From Sphingopyxis sp. (GTDB lineage: Bacteria; Pseudomonadota; Alphaproteobacteria; Sphingomonadales; Sphingomonadaceae): DNA of 64,000 bases. Below the pieces are notes generated by a model. The model did no database searches, had not been told where the DNA came from, and worked only from the letters and a program-made list of their open reading frames with translations. This document shows, piece by piece, positions 9,839 through 20,899 of the stretch (positions are counted from its first letter, which is position 1; the number at the start of each line of letters is the position of its first letter). The DNA is taken from the NCBI RefSeq assembly GCF_050916055.1, contig NZ_CP051527.1, forward strand, positions 2,737,066-2,801,065. Reading direction: 5' to 3'. Made by a program: the position numbers and the translations under genes.

Positions 9839-10249
9839 GTGCTAGGTATTTTTATTGCCGCCACAGCTATGGCAGCCTCGCTTTGGTCGCTGCCTGTATC
9901 TGCTGAAGATGCCCCTCGTTGCTCATCCTCTGCTATTCCCGCAGCAGACAAGGCTCGCCTCAGTGCGCAATATAATCGGCGGCTTTTGACTGAAGGGAAA
10001 ACCAGCGCCGATGCTTGGGCTGCTGAGCAGGGTAGGCGCTATCGTGAAATGATGGAAAAGCAAGGGATATGCCCCCCACGCAAACCCGTGAATAATTCGG
10101 CCAATTCAACGCCTCCGCCTAGGGAGCAACCGACAAGCAACAACCGTAAAAAAGGCAAGTGTACCCGTACCGTCTGGCAAACTCGTCATATCGCGAGCCC
10201 GGGTGGAGGTCCCATGAATATAATTAGGGTGCCGGTCTGCGTAAACTAG
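9839..10249 (+). CDS. Hypothetical secreted protein
   Basis: AGGAGG RBS before a GTG start; signal peptide ending VSA-ED; 4 Cys. The stop TAG is part of the CTAG target of IS copy 2. Confidence 0.6.
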   Translation: MLGIFIAATAMAASLWSLPVSAEDAPRCSSSAIPAADKARLSAQYNRRLLTEGKTSADAWAAEQGRRYREMMEKQGICPPRKPVNNSANSTPPPREQPTSNNRKKGKCTRTVWQTRHIASPGGGPMNIIRVPVCVN

Positions 10250-10838
10250 GCTGTGTTGACAAAAGGGATTCCCAAATCGGCCTTGTTCTGATTCAAGACT
10301 GCTTTTTGAGGAGCAGTCATGGGTCGCGGGGATTTGTCGGATGCGGAGTGGGACCTGATCGGGCCGCTGCTGCCGCCAGAGCGCGGTCGTTGGGCGCGGC
10401 CGGCGGGCGATAACCGGCTTTTCCTCAATGGAATGCTTCACGTGCTGCGGGTCGGCTGTCCCTGGCGCGACATGCATGAGCGATACGGCAAGTGGAACTC
10501 CGTCTATGTGCGCTTCCGTCGCTGGGCCGAACAAGGTGTCTGGGATGCCCTGCTGCAAACACTGGTCGACCTGGGTCTGACCGACGACTGGCAACACATG
10601 ATCGACAGCACCAGCGTTCGCGGCCACGTCTCGGCAGCGGGCGGAAAAGGGGGGCTTGTGCGAACGCTCTTGGTCGATCACGCGGCGGCTTTACGAGCAA
10701 GATCCACGCCCGTTGCGACAATCAGGGACTGCCTGTCGGCTTCATCCTGACCGGCGGCGAGGCTTCCGACTACACCGCTGCCGAACCGCTGATGGCGATC
10801 CCCGTCGCCACACCCACGGCGCTGCTCGCGGACAAGGG
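10249..10838 (+). mobile_element. Second IS5/IS427-type copy, diverged and 3'-truncated
   Basis: Left TIR GGCTGTGTTGACAAAAG after CTA. OrfA 10319-10750 is near-identical in protein to copy 1. OrfB breaks after LLADKG. Confidence 0.9.
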
Positions 10839-11023
10839 TGTGGATCGGCGCTGGAACGGGCCCCTCCTACTTCACGATCTATCATTTTGAATTGCCGTAA
10901 AAAGTTGGTTTTGACCGGGGTCCCGATCGGCGCCGATCGGGACCCCGGCATGCGCCAGTATAAGGATAGAAATCAATGCATTACCTCCCGTCAGAGCGGG
11001 TCCCACTCCAACGCTGCTTCACA
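10839..11023. mobile_element. 185-bp non-coding IS21-like miniature element with central 34-bp palindrome
   Basis: Ends TGTGGATCGGCGCTGGAACGGGCCCC and (reverse complement) TGTGAAGCAGCGTTGGAGTGGGACCC match 19/26. Perfect palindrome at 10915-10948. Confidence 0.65.
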
Positions 11024-11290
11024 TTCAGGCACCGCTGGCGCAGCTGCGGGTTCCGTCGTTATGATCGCGCCGTAGGGAATGAACTCAAGCGCCTCACTGG
11101 CAATGGCTGCTGCCTGGCGGCGCGCCGACCGCCAATTTTAGATCAAGCTCACGGCAATCTCATAGCGCTCAGTGACCTGACGGACCGATACGCCGTCTGC
11201 ATCCGCCTCGGCGAGGATCGCCACCTTCTCGGCATCCGAAAACTTCCTGCGCCGTTCGGTGCGCGCGATGATCTCCACCCGATCCTTCAC
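11024..11290 (-). pseudogene. IS66-family TnpA (HTH) remnant with internal stop
   Basis: VEIIARTERRRKFSDAEKVAILAEADADGVSVRQVTERYEIAVSLI*NWR; in-frame TAA at 11138-11140; cut by the miniature element. Confidence 0.75.
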
Positions 11291-11492
11291 TTGGCCTCCT
11301 TCTGGAGTCCAGAAAGGGACTCATTAGCGGAGGTCCATCAGCGCCGAGCCTGAATGCCGCAACACGCGGGAGGCCGTACGCTTACGCTGAAGATAGCCGA
11401 TCGTGTCGCGGCATCGGCCCGGATCAAGGCCGCGGGCCGGACTTGATCGTGTTGATTGCCGTTATCCGGCGAAGAGATAGTGTGTTCACGCT

Positions 11493-12840
11493 TTGGACCG
11501 AGAACCGCTAGACCCTGCACCTATTCGACCGTTCACGCCGCCGCCCGAGGTTCAGGCGGCGATCGACGCCTATGCGGCCAGGCTGAATGCCTGCGATCCT
11601 ATGCAGTCCGGCTTCAAGATGACGCCGGTCGCGATGGTCGTCAGCGATCCGACGCTTCCCGATTGCCCGCCCATTTACGTCAACGCCGCCTTCGAGAAGC
11701 TGACCGGCTTCCCGGCCGTCGAGGTAGCGGGTCGCAACCGCCGTTTCATGCAGGGGCCGTTGACCGATCCCGACGACGTGGCTCGACTGAGGGATGCGAT
11801 CGAGCAGCGTGAGCCGGTCGAGCTGGATCTTCTCAATCATCGGCGTGACGGGACGCCTTTTTGGAACCGGCTGATGGTCGGGCCGGTGTTCTGTGAGAAC
11901 GGTAGCTTGCGTTATTTCGTCGCCTCGCAGATCGACGTGACGGTAGAGCGGCACCGCGTTCTGCAACTGGAACAGGACCGCGAGGCACTGGCGGCCGAGG
12001 TGGCGCAGCGGGATGCAGACCTGGCCTCGCACAATGCCCGGTTGCGCATGGCGTTGAAGTCCGGCGCACTTGCCACCTGGACGCTTGATCTGCCCGAGTG
12101 TTTGTTGACCGCGTCGTCGGGCTGCAAGCGGGTGTTCGGGCGACCGTTGGGCGAGCCGTTCACCTATCAGGAGCTGCTGGCGGCGATCCATCCCGAGGAC
12201 CTGCCCGCAATGTAGGCGGCGGTCGGACGTACGATCGAGCAACGAACCCTATCACATAGAATATCGCATCCTGACGCCCTCTGGTGTTTCAGTCCAGGGG
12301 GAGCTTCAGCACCGTGCAGACGGCACGCCGCTCGCCATGACGGGCTTTTCGACCGACATTTCGCAGCGTAAATTTGCCGAAGAACACCGCGCCGTTCTCG
12401 CGCGTGAGCTTACGCACCGGGTCAAGAACACGCTAGCGACCGTCAATGCCGTCGTCAGCCAGACCATCAGGCAGGCGACTTCACTGGATGACGCCGCGAT
12501 CACGGTGTCCGCTCGCATCCCCAATCTGGGAGCCGCGCAGGAGCTGTTGATCCAGGATGAGGTCGAAGGCGCGGCGATCGGTGATATCGTGGATAGAGCC
12601 CTGCTCCCGTTCAAGGACCGGGATGCCGATCGCTTCACGCCTCCGGTCCCCATGTAAGGCTCTCCCCGGAGATCACCTTGGCGCTGGCAATGGCGCTGCA
12701 CGAATTGGCGACCAACGCCATCAAATACGGGGCGCTGTCGGTGCCGGAAGGCAGGGTCGCGATCGAATGGTCGATCAAGCAGCGGCAGGGCAAGCGTCAC
12801 CTGTTCTTCTGTTGGGGCGAGCATGACGGTCCGACAGTGA
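11493..12840 (+). pseudogene. LOV-PAS-HWE histidine kinase pseudogene
   Basis: LOV domain (PPIYVNAAF...GRNRRFMQG...FWN), premature TAG at 12213-12215, frameshifts, H-box ELTHRVKNTLA, LHELATNAIKYGALS. C-terminus cut off. Confidence 0.9.
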
Positions 12841-13135
12841 CCCTGTCCCGGAAAATGCTTCCTGCGAGAATGAGAAGGATCTGGCAAAATCGAAGCTGAT
12901 TTAAGCTGGAGATGTCGTCGATGCCTATACCCGCGAGTGCCTGGCGATCCACGTCGATCAGGGGATCAAGGGTGAACAGGTGGTCGATGTCATGGACCGC
13001 CTGCTGTTCGAGCGCGGCAGTCCGCCTGCCAAGATCAGGGTGGATAATGGTCCGGAATTTATCTCGCGGGCGCTCGACCACTGGGCCTACTTCAACCGCG
13101 TCACGCCGGACTTCAGCAGGTCGGGAAAGCCGACC
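12838..13135 (+). mobile_element. IS3-family transposase (rve core) remnant
   Basis: VVDAYTRECLAI...IRVDNGPEFISRALDHWAY...SGKPT at 12914-13135; possible IS end starting TGACCCTGTCCC at 12838. Confidence 0.8.
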
Positions 13136-13304
13136 TACACGGATGTTGTAGAAAAGCCCTTTCAACCGGGCGCGGGCATTTTCTTTGAGCGGGAGCTGGC
13201 GCGATCAGGTCAATCCGGACATACGGACTGGGCTCGCAGTGGGCTTTGCTGCAGATCGACAGAGGCTTGTTGCAAGAACACCGAGGACGATCTCGCCTGG
13301 ACGA

Positions 13305-13925
13305 TTACACCGCAGCCGGCCATCGATCGAGTGCCATTTTGGCGATCGAGAGCAGTTCGTTAATCGTAGCGCCGTCGCGCGCTTGAACGGACATGCCTTC
13401 CATGACCGTATTGATGAATTTGCCTAGGACGGCCGGATCGGCATCGGCCGCAAGCTCGCCCTGCGCGGCGCCGCGATGCAGACGCTCGATCAGGAGGGCC
13501 TCCGCCGCGATACGCTTGTCGCGCAGCAGGCATTCGATGGCGGCGGACGCCGGCGACACGGCTGTCGCTGCCGAATACATGAAGCAGCCGGCCGGCGTTC
13601 CAGGCTCCGAGAACGATGACGCCGCTCGCTCCAGCAGGTCTTTGACGGCCTCGAAGGTGGACAACGCCGGGTCGTTGATGGGGGCATAGAGGTGGACGCT
13701 GAACGTCGCGGCATAGCGCTCGATCACCGCCGCGAACAGCCCCGCCTTGTTGCCAAACGCCGCATAGAGACTGGCGGCGGCGACGCCAGTCTCTGCCACC
13801 AGATCGGCCATCGAAGTCGCCTCGTAGCCGCGCTGCCAGAACAGCCGTACCGCCTTGTCGAGCGCTGCGTTAGTGTCGAACACGCGAGGGCGACCTGCGC
13901 CGCGACGTGCTTTCGTCTCTGTCAT
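13305..13925 (-). CDS. TetR/AcrR-family transcriptional regulator
   Basis: GRPRVFD...LFWQRGYEATS...SLYAAFGNKAGLF HTH; GCFM C-terminal motif. Confidence 0.95.
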   Translation of the reverse strand: MTETKARRGAGRPRVFDTNAALDKAVRLFWQRGYEATSMADLVAETGVAAASLYAAFGNKAGLFAAVIERYAATFSVHLYAPINDPALSTFEAVKDLLERAASSFSEPGTPAGCFMYSAATAVSPASAAIECLLRDKRIAAEALLIERLHRGAAQGELAADADPAVLGKFINTVMEGMSVQARDGATINELLSIAKMALDRWPAAV

Positions 13926-13937
13926 TTCTGGCGCCTG

Positions 13938-14008
13938 ATATGGAATGATCGATAAATAATAGCTTGAACCTCGTCGCTGACATCGATACAGAACGATCGC
14001 TCAATAAT
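13938..14008. promoter_or_regulatory. Two similar 23-bp boxes; probable TetR operators in the divergent promoter
   Basis: ATATGGAATGATCGATAAATAAT (13938-13960) vs ATACAGAACGATCGCTCAATAAT (13986-14008), 18/23 identical, each centred on GATC. Confidence 0.55.
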
Positions 14009-14021
14009 CAAGGAATGTCCC

Positions 14022-15011
14022 ATGAGCCGCATCGTTCGAATCCACGAATATGGCGACGCCAGTGTCCTCAAGATTGAAGATTTGGCAGTGCCCGCGCCCG
14101 CGGCCGACGAGGTGCAGATCGCGGTCAAGGCGATAGGCATAAACCGCGCCGAGGTGATGTTCCGCAACCATGCCTACCTTCAGGAAGCCGAGTTCCCGAG
14201 CCGCCTTGGCTATGAGGCTGCCGGCACCGTCCTTAAGGTCGGCGCGGACTTGACCGGGTTTGCGGAAGGCGAAGCCGTCAGCGTCATCCCCCCGCTCGAT
14301 ATCGCGCGCTGGGGCACCTATGGCGAGGTCGCCAACGTGCCCGCCCGCCTCGTCGTCAAGCATCCGGTGGCGCTGTCGTTCGAGGAAGCGGCGGCCGTGT
14401 GGATGCAGTATGTCACCGCTTGGGGCGCGCTGGTGGAGCAGGCGAAGCTCGGCCAGGGCGATTTCGTCATCGTCACCGCTGCTTCCAGCAGCGTCGGCCT
14501 TGCTGCCTTCCAGATTGCGCGGATGGTCGGCGCGACGGTAATCGCGACGACGCGTACCGGCGCCAAGCGCCAGGCCCTGCTTGATGCCGGTGCACATCAT
14601 GTCGTCGCGACCGAGGAAGAGGATCTGGTGGCGAGGGTGATGGAGATAACCGATGGTGCAGGTGCGCGCGTGGTGCTCGACCCGGTCGGAGGCCCGTCGT
14701 TCGAGCCGCTGACCGCGAGCATGGCGCGCGGCGGCATCCTGCTCGAATATGGCGCGCTCAGCGGCGAGCCGACGCCGTTCCCGTTGTTCTCCGTGCTGGG
14801 CAAGAGCCTCACGCTCAAGGGTTATCTCTACAGCGAGATCGTCTCGGACGACGCCGCCCTTGATCGCGCCAAGGCGTTCATCGTGGCGGGTCTGGAATCG
14901 GGCGCGCTCAAGCCGCGGATCGCGCGCACTTTCCCGCTCGACGCCATCCAGGACGCGCACCGCTTCCTCGAATCGAACGACCAGATCGGCAAGGTCGTCG
15001 TTACGGTCTGA
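14022..15011 (+). CDS. MDR-family NADPH:quinone reductase-like oxidoreductase
   Basis: AIGINRAE, RLGYEAAG, TAASSSVG, ESNDQIGKVVV. Confidence 0.92.
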   Translation: MSRIVRIHEYGDASVLKIEDLAVPAPAADEVQIAVKAIGINRAEVMFRNHAYLQEAEFPSRLGYEAAGTVLKVGADLTGFAEGEAVSVIPPLDIARWGTYGEVANVPARLVVKHPVALSFEEAAAVWMQYVTAWGALVEQAKLGQGDFVIVTAASSSVGLAAFQIARMVGATVIATTRTGAKRQALLDAGAHHVVATEEEDLVARVMEITDGAGARVVLDPVGGPSFEPLTASMARGGILLEYGALSGEPTPFPLFSVLGKSLTLKGYLYSEIVSDDAALDRAKAFIVAGLESGALKPRIARTFPLDAIQDAHRFLESNDQIGKVVVTV

Positions 15012-15297
15012 CCGGCAAACCTGGGGGAGCAAGCGATGGCTCCCCCTCCCAGACACAGGATCGGACCCAAAGCGCCCAGGCCGTCGTTGCTTGTGGCGCA
15101 GGCTTAAGAGCATGACCGCTCCTCCTCCGCGTGCCAGACCTGTCTCAGGGTAACATGGCGGCTATGCCTGCCCGATCGTGGGGCGAATTTGGAGATTGGC
15201 CGGGGAACTTCGCCTGATTACAGAAGCGCCAGTCTCTGGACAGGATTGAAACTCCCCCCCTGTATAGTATGCTGAAGCGATTTCTCGGGAAAGCGCG

Positions 15298-15588
15298 ATG
15301 CCACATTCATCAGAGGACAAGAAGCGAGCCATTACACGCTTGCGGCGTATTAAGGGCCAGGCGGACGCTTTGGAACGCGCGATCGAAGCCGGGGCCGATT
15401 GCACTCCCCTGCTGCAGCAGATTGTCGCCATGCGAGGCGCGACAAATGGACTGATGGCGGAAGTGATGGAGAGTCACCTTAGGGAAACATTCGGCGCCGG
15501 TGCAGATCCGGCCGTGAAAAGCGAGGGCAGCGATCACGAGGACGACGTGGAGGGCGTAATGAAGATTCTGCGTACATATCTTAAGTAA
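15298..15588 (+). CDS. frmR: Formaldehyde-responsive repressor (CsoR/RcnR family)
   Basis: MPH N-terminus (Pro2), Cys35 in ADCTPLLQQI, ESHLRE; upstream of frmA. Confidence 0.85.
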   Translation: MPHSSEDKKRAITRLRRIKGQADALERAIEAGADCTPLLQQIVAMRGATNGLMAEVMESHLRETFGAGADPAVKSEGSDHEDDVEGVMKILRTYLK

Positions 15589-16992
<1,404 letters not shown>

Positions 16993-17269
16993 CCCGCCGA
17001 TCCGAAGTGGCGCGAGGCGCTCGGATCGACAACTCGGCCGTCATCATGGGCCGACCCCGGCCATGATGACGCGCGCTCTGGCAAATGGGCAACGCGTCGC
17101 GATGCGGTAAAAGCGCCGTGCGGTCGTTACATGCCGATAGCGGCACGGACGAGGGCCGCCTGGCCCAGGTGCTTACCGGCGGAGTGTGTGTGGCCTCGTC
17201 GCGCGACCCCATGGGGAAAATGGTTTTGTCGCAACCTTTGTCTAATGCTGGAAAATATTTCAAAGGTGC

Positions 17270-17294
17270 CGAACATCAGGCCAGCCTGGCCGTT
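17270..17294 (+). promoter_or_regulatory. EcfG (general stress sigma)-like promoter upstream of the UvrA-like gene
   Basis: CGAAC-N16-CGTT. Confidence 0.5.
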
Positions 17295-17338
17295 GGATGT
17301 ATTGAGTAGAAAATGCATTCATCTTTTACCCGACCGTA

Positions 17339-20041
17339 ATGAACACGGGCCGCACGGGCGGATATGGCAGGAAGACTGAATTGAAGGACAAGGATATACA
17401 CGCGACGACGCCGGCCACCGATCATGGGCATGCGGGGCCGCCCGCCTGCGTGCAGGTTCGCGGCGCGCGCCAGAACAATCTCAAAAATGTCGACGTCGAT
17501 GTGCCGCGCGACGCCTTCGTGGTGTTCACCGGCATATCGGGCTCGGGCAAGTCATCGCTCGCGTTCGGCACCCTTTATGCCGAAGCCCAGCGGCGTTATC
17601 TGGAATCGGTTGCGCCTTATGCCCGTCGCCTGATCGACCAGGCCGGCGTGCCGGAGGTCGACGCGATCGACGGATTGCCGCCTGCGGTCGCGTTGCAGCA
17701 ACAGCGCGGCTCGGCTAACGCGCGATCCTCGGTCGGCAGCGTGACGACGCTCTCCAGTCTGGTGCGGATGCTCTATTCCCGCGTCGGCGAATATCCGCGC
17801 CATCAACCCATGCTCTATGCGGAGGATTTCTCCCCCAACACGGTCGCGGGGGCCTGCGCGACCTGCCACGGCATCGGCCGCGTCTATGACGCGACCGAAG
17901 AGACCATGGTTCCTGACGCCAGCCTCACCATTCGCGACCGGGCGATCGCCGCCTGGCCAACGGCGTGGCATGGGCAGAACCTGCGCGATATCCTCGTTTC
18001 GCTCGGCTATGACGTCGATACGCCGTGGCGCGAGCTGCCGAAAAAGGATCGCGACTGGATCCTTTTCACCGAAGAGGCGCCGACGGTGCCGGTCTATGCG
18101 GGCCTGACGCCCGAACAGACCCGGGCGGCGCTCAAGCGCCGCCTGGAGCCGAGCTACCAGGGCACCTTCACCGGCGCGCGCCGCTATGTGCTGGAAACCT
18201 TCGCCAACACGAAAAGCGCGCTGATGAAGAAGCGCGTCTCGCAATATATCATCGGCCGCGATTGCCCGACCTGCGACGGCAAGCGCCTGAAGCGCGAAGC
18301 CCTGTCCGTGAAGTTCGCGGGCCTCGACATCGCCGAGTTCGGCGACCTGACGGTGCTCAAGCTGAAGGACTTGCTCACGCCCGTCGCGCGTGGCGAATAT
18401 GGATCGACCTTCGCCGCCTCAAAGGGCCATGTTCTGGAAAAAGCGGCCCGCGATGCAGCGGTCGAACAACGGGTTGCCGCGGGCGGCTCTGCGCACAAGA
18501 GCGCGCCCGACGTGCGCCGCACGCCCAACCTCTCCGACGAAAAGCGGATCGCCGCCCAACGCCTTGCCTGCGAATTGATCGAGCGTCTCGAGCCGCTGAT
18601 CGATCTTGGCCTTGGCTACATTTCGCTCGACCGCAGCACGCCGACGCTCTCCTCCGGAGAGCTGCAGCGCTTGCGGCTTGCCACGCAATTGTCGTCACAG
18701 CTTTTCGGCGTGGTCTATGTGCTCGACGAGCCTTCGGCAGGGTTGCACCCGGCAGATGGCGAAGCCTTGCTCACCATCCTCGAGCGTCTCAAGGCGGCGG
18801 GCAACTCTCTGTTCGTCGTCGAACATGATCTCGACGTGATCCGCCGCGCGGAATGGCTCGTCGATGTCGGGCCAGGAGCCGGGGAAAAGGGCGGTGAAGT
18901 CCTCTACAGCGGGCCGATAGAGGGGCTCGCCGACGTCGAGACTTCGATCACCCGCCGCTACCTGTTCGCAGAGCCGCTCCGCAGTGAGCGCACACCGCGC
19001 GATCCCAAGGCATGGCTACGCCTTGAAGGGATCAGGCGGAACAATCTCCATGGTCTCGACGTCGAGTTTCCCATTGGTTGCTTCACTGCTGTCACCGGCG
19101 TTTCGGGATCGGGCAAATCCAGTCTCGTCAGTCAGGCGCTGCCCGAACTCGTCACGGAACACCTCGGCGGCTCCCCGGTCGCCGAGGAGCAGGATATCGA
19201 TCCGCTGCTCGATGTTGCTCAGAACGATACTGAAGGACGCATTGTCGCGGGCATGGACCATTTTCGCAGGCTGGTGCGGGTCGATCAGAAACCGATCGGC
19301 CGCACGCCGCGCTCGAACCTATCCACCTACAGCGGCATGTTCGACCATGTGCGAAGGATCTTCGCTGAGACGCCGCTCGCCCGCCGGCGACACTATAGCC
19401 CGGGCAGGTTCTCGTTCAACGTCGCGCAAGGCCGCTGCCCTGTTTGCGAAGGCGAGGGATACGTCATGGTGGAGCTGCTCTTCCTGCCGAGCGTTTTTGC
19501 GCCGTGCTCGACCTGTCATGGCTCTCGCTACAACCCGCAAACGCTCGAAGTCGAATGGAACGGGCGCAATATCGCCCAGGTGCTCGAACTGACGGTCGAC
19601 GATGCATGCGATTTCTTCGCTGGCGAGGCATCTGTGATGCGCTCCCTCGACGTGTTGCGGGAGATCGGGCTTGGCTATCTGAGGCTCGGTCAGCCGGCGA
19701 CCGAGCTGTCTGGCGGGGAGGCGCAGCGCATCAAGCTGGCGACTGAACTGCAACGCGCTCAACGTGGCAACACGATCTACATCCTCGACGAGCCAACTTC
19801 GGGGCTTCATCCCTCCGATAGCGACCGGCTGATGCAACACCTGCAGGGCCTAGTAGACGCCGGCAATACCGTCGTAGTCGTCGAACATGACATGCGCGCC
19901 GTCACGCAGGCGGACTGGATCATCGACCTGGGACCGGGGGCCGGGGAAGATGGGGGCCGTATCGTTGCCAGCGGCGTCCCTGGCGTGGTTGCGGAAGCGG
20001 AAGGCAGTCTCACCGCCCGCTATCTCAAGGCGGCGCTGTAG
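17339..20041 (+). CDS. UvrA-like protein (UvrA2/class II type)
   Basis: Two ABC modules ([17 protein letters not shown]; [20 protein letters not shown]) and zinc fingers. Appears to lack the UvrB-binding insert. Start may be TTG at 17381. Confidence 0.88.
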   Translation: MNTGRTGGYGRKTELKDKDIHATTPATDHGHAGPPACVQVRGARQNNLKNVDVDVPRDAFVVFTGISGSGKSSLAFGTLYAEAQRRYLESVAPYARRLIDQAGVPEVDAIDGLPPAVALQQQRGSANARSSVGSVTTLSSLVRMLYSRVGEYPRHQPMLYAEDFSPNTVAGACATCHGIGRVYDATEETMVPDASLTIRDRAIAAWPTAWHGQNLRDILVSLGYDVDTPWRELPKKDRDWILFTEEAPTVPVYAGLTPEQTRAALKRRLEPSYQGTFTGARRYVLETFANTKSALMKKRVSQYIIGRDCPTCDGKRLKREALSVKFAGLDIAEFGDLTVLKLKDLLTPVARGEYGSTFAASKGHVLEKAARDAAVEQRVAAGGSAHKSAPDVRRTPNLSDEKRIAAQRLACELIERLEPLIDLGLGYISLDRSTPTLSSGELQRLRLATQLSSQLFGVVYVLDEPSAGLHPADGEALLTILERLKAAGNSLFVVEHDLDVIRRAEWLVDVGPGAGEKGGEVLYSGPIEGLADVETSITRRYLFAEPLRSERTPRDPKAWLRLEGIRRNNLHGLDVEFPIGCFTAVTGVSGSGKSSLVSQALPELVTEHLGGSPVAEEQDIDPLLDVAQNDTEGRIVAGMDHFRRLVRVDQKPIGRTPRSNLSTYSGMFDHVRRIFAETPLARRRHYSPGRFSFNVAQGRCPVCEGEGYVMVELLFLPSVFAPCSTCHGSRYNPQTLEVEWNGRNIAQVLELTVDDACDFFAGEASVMRSLDVLREIGLGYLRLGQPATELSGGEAQRIKLATELQRAQRGNTIYILDEPTSGLHPSDSDRLMQHLQGLVDAGNTVVVVEHDMRAVTQADWIIDLGPGAGEDGGRIVASGVPGVVAEAEGSLTARYLKAAL

Positions 20042-20298
20042 GTCGTAAATCTGGCCGAACGCACGTTCGATCAGGTGCATCTCAACCACACGCTGGAATG
20101 GGTCGAATCTGGAAGCGGGAGCCGGCGATGTGTCACCGCGGTTGACGCGGCTCAGGGTTTGAGTGCCCGTCAGATGCGCCCTGTTCGGGTGATACGCGGC
20201 GTGGCGGACGGCCAATCGCTGGCCATCCGCCACGCTCGCTTAGTGAGGACCTTCTCCAGGGAGAGGGCCCTCACATGGTTTCGTCGAGACGGCCCGCC

Positions 20299-20868
20299 TT
20301 AATTCCCTGCTGCGAGCGATGCGCCCGCACCTTCTGCGATTTCCTCGACGAGTTTGGCACAGAAGGCGGGCAAATCATTGGGATCGCGGCTGGTAACAAG
20401 GCCGTTGTCGACCACGACTTCCTCATTGGTCCATGTACCGCCGGCGTTCTCGATATCGACCTTCAGCGTCGGGTAGGACGTCAAGTTGCGACCCTCAAGC
20501 ACGCCCGCCTCGATCAATGTCCAAGGTGCATGGCATATGGCTGCAACGGGTTTCTTCTGATCGAAGAAAGCCCGGATGAAACCAATTGCCTCGGCGCTGC
20601 CGCGCAGCTTGTCGGCACCGACAGTCCCTCCGGGCACAACAAGTCCGTCGAAATCGTCGGCTTTGACCTCGGAAAACGTCTTGTCGATCGTATAGCTGCC
20701 GCCCTCGTCGAGATCGCTATTGACTGTGCGAGCCTTGCCCGGTTCGAAACTGACTACGGTCACTTTGCCACCCGCGTCCTCGACAGCTTGCCTGGGCTTC
20801 GAGAATTCTGGTTCTTCGGTCCCGCGGGGTGCGATCAGAATGGCGACTGATTTGCCTTCTAGGGTCAT
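20299..20868 (-). CDS. DJ-1/PfpI-family (type 1 glutamine amidotransferase-like) protein
   Basis: GTEEPE, VVPGGTVGAD, AICHAP nucleophile elbow, TSRDPNDLPAF. Confidence 0.93.
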   Translation of the reverse strand: MTLEGKSVAILIAPRGTEEPEFSKPRQAVEDAGGKVTVVSFEPGKARTVNSDLDEGGSYTIDKTFSEVKADDFDGLVVPGGTVGADKLRGSAEAIGFIRAFFDQKKPVAAICHAPWTLIEAGVLEGRNLTSYPTLKVDIENAGGTWTNEEVVVDNGLVTSRDPNDLPAFCAKLVEEIAEGAGASLAAGN

Positions 20869-20899
20869 AATTAATTTCCTATTCCGTCGAAGGCTAAGG

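Noticed and set aside
13136-13304. Possible further IS end (GATGTTGTAGAAAAG...) after the IS3 fragment
   Set aside because: No partner inverted repeat or transposase found; cannot be assigned.
16993-17338. frmB remnant between frmA and the UvrA-like gene
   Set aside because: No esterase motif (GxSxG in context) was recognised in the ORFs covering this gap.
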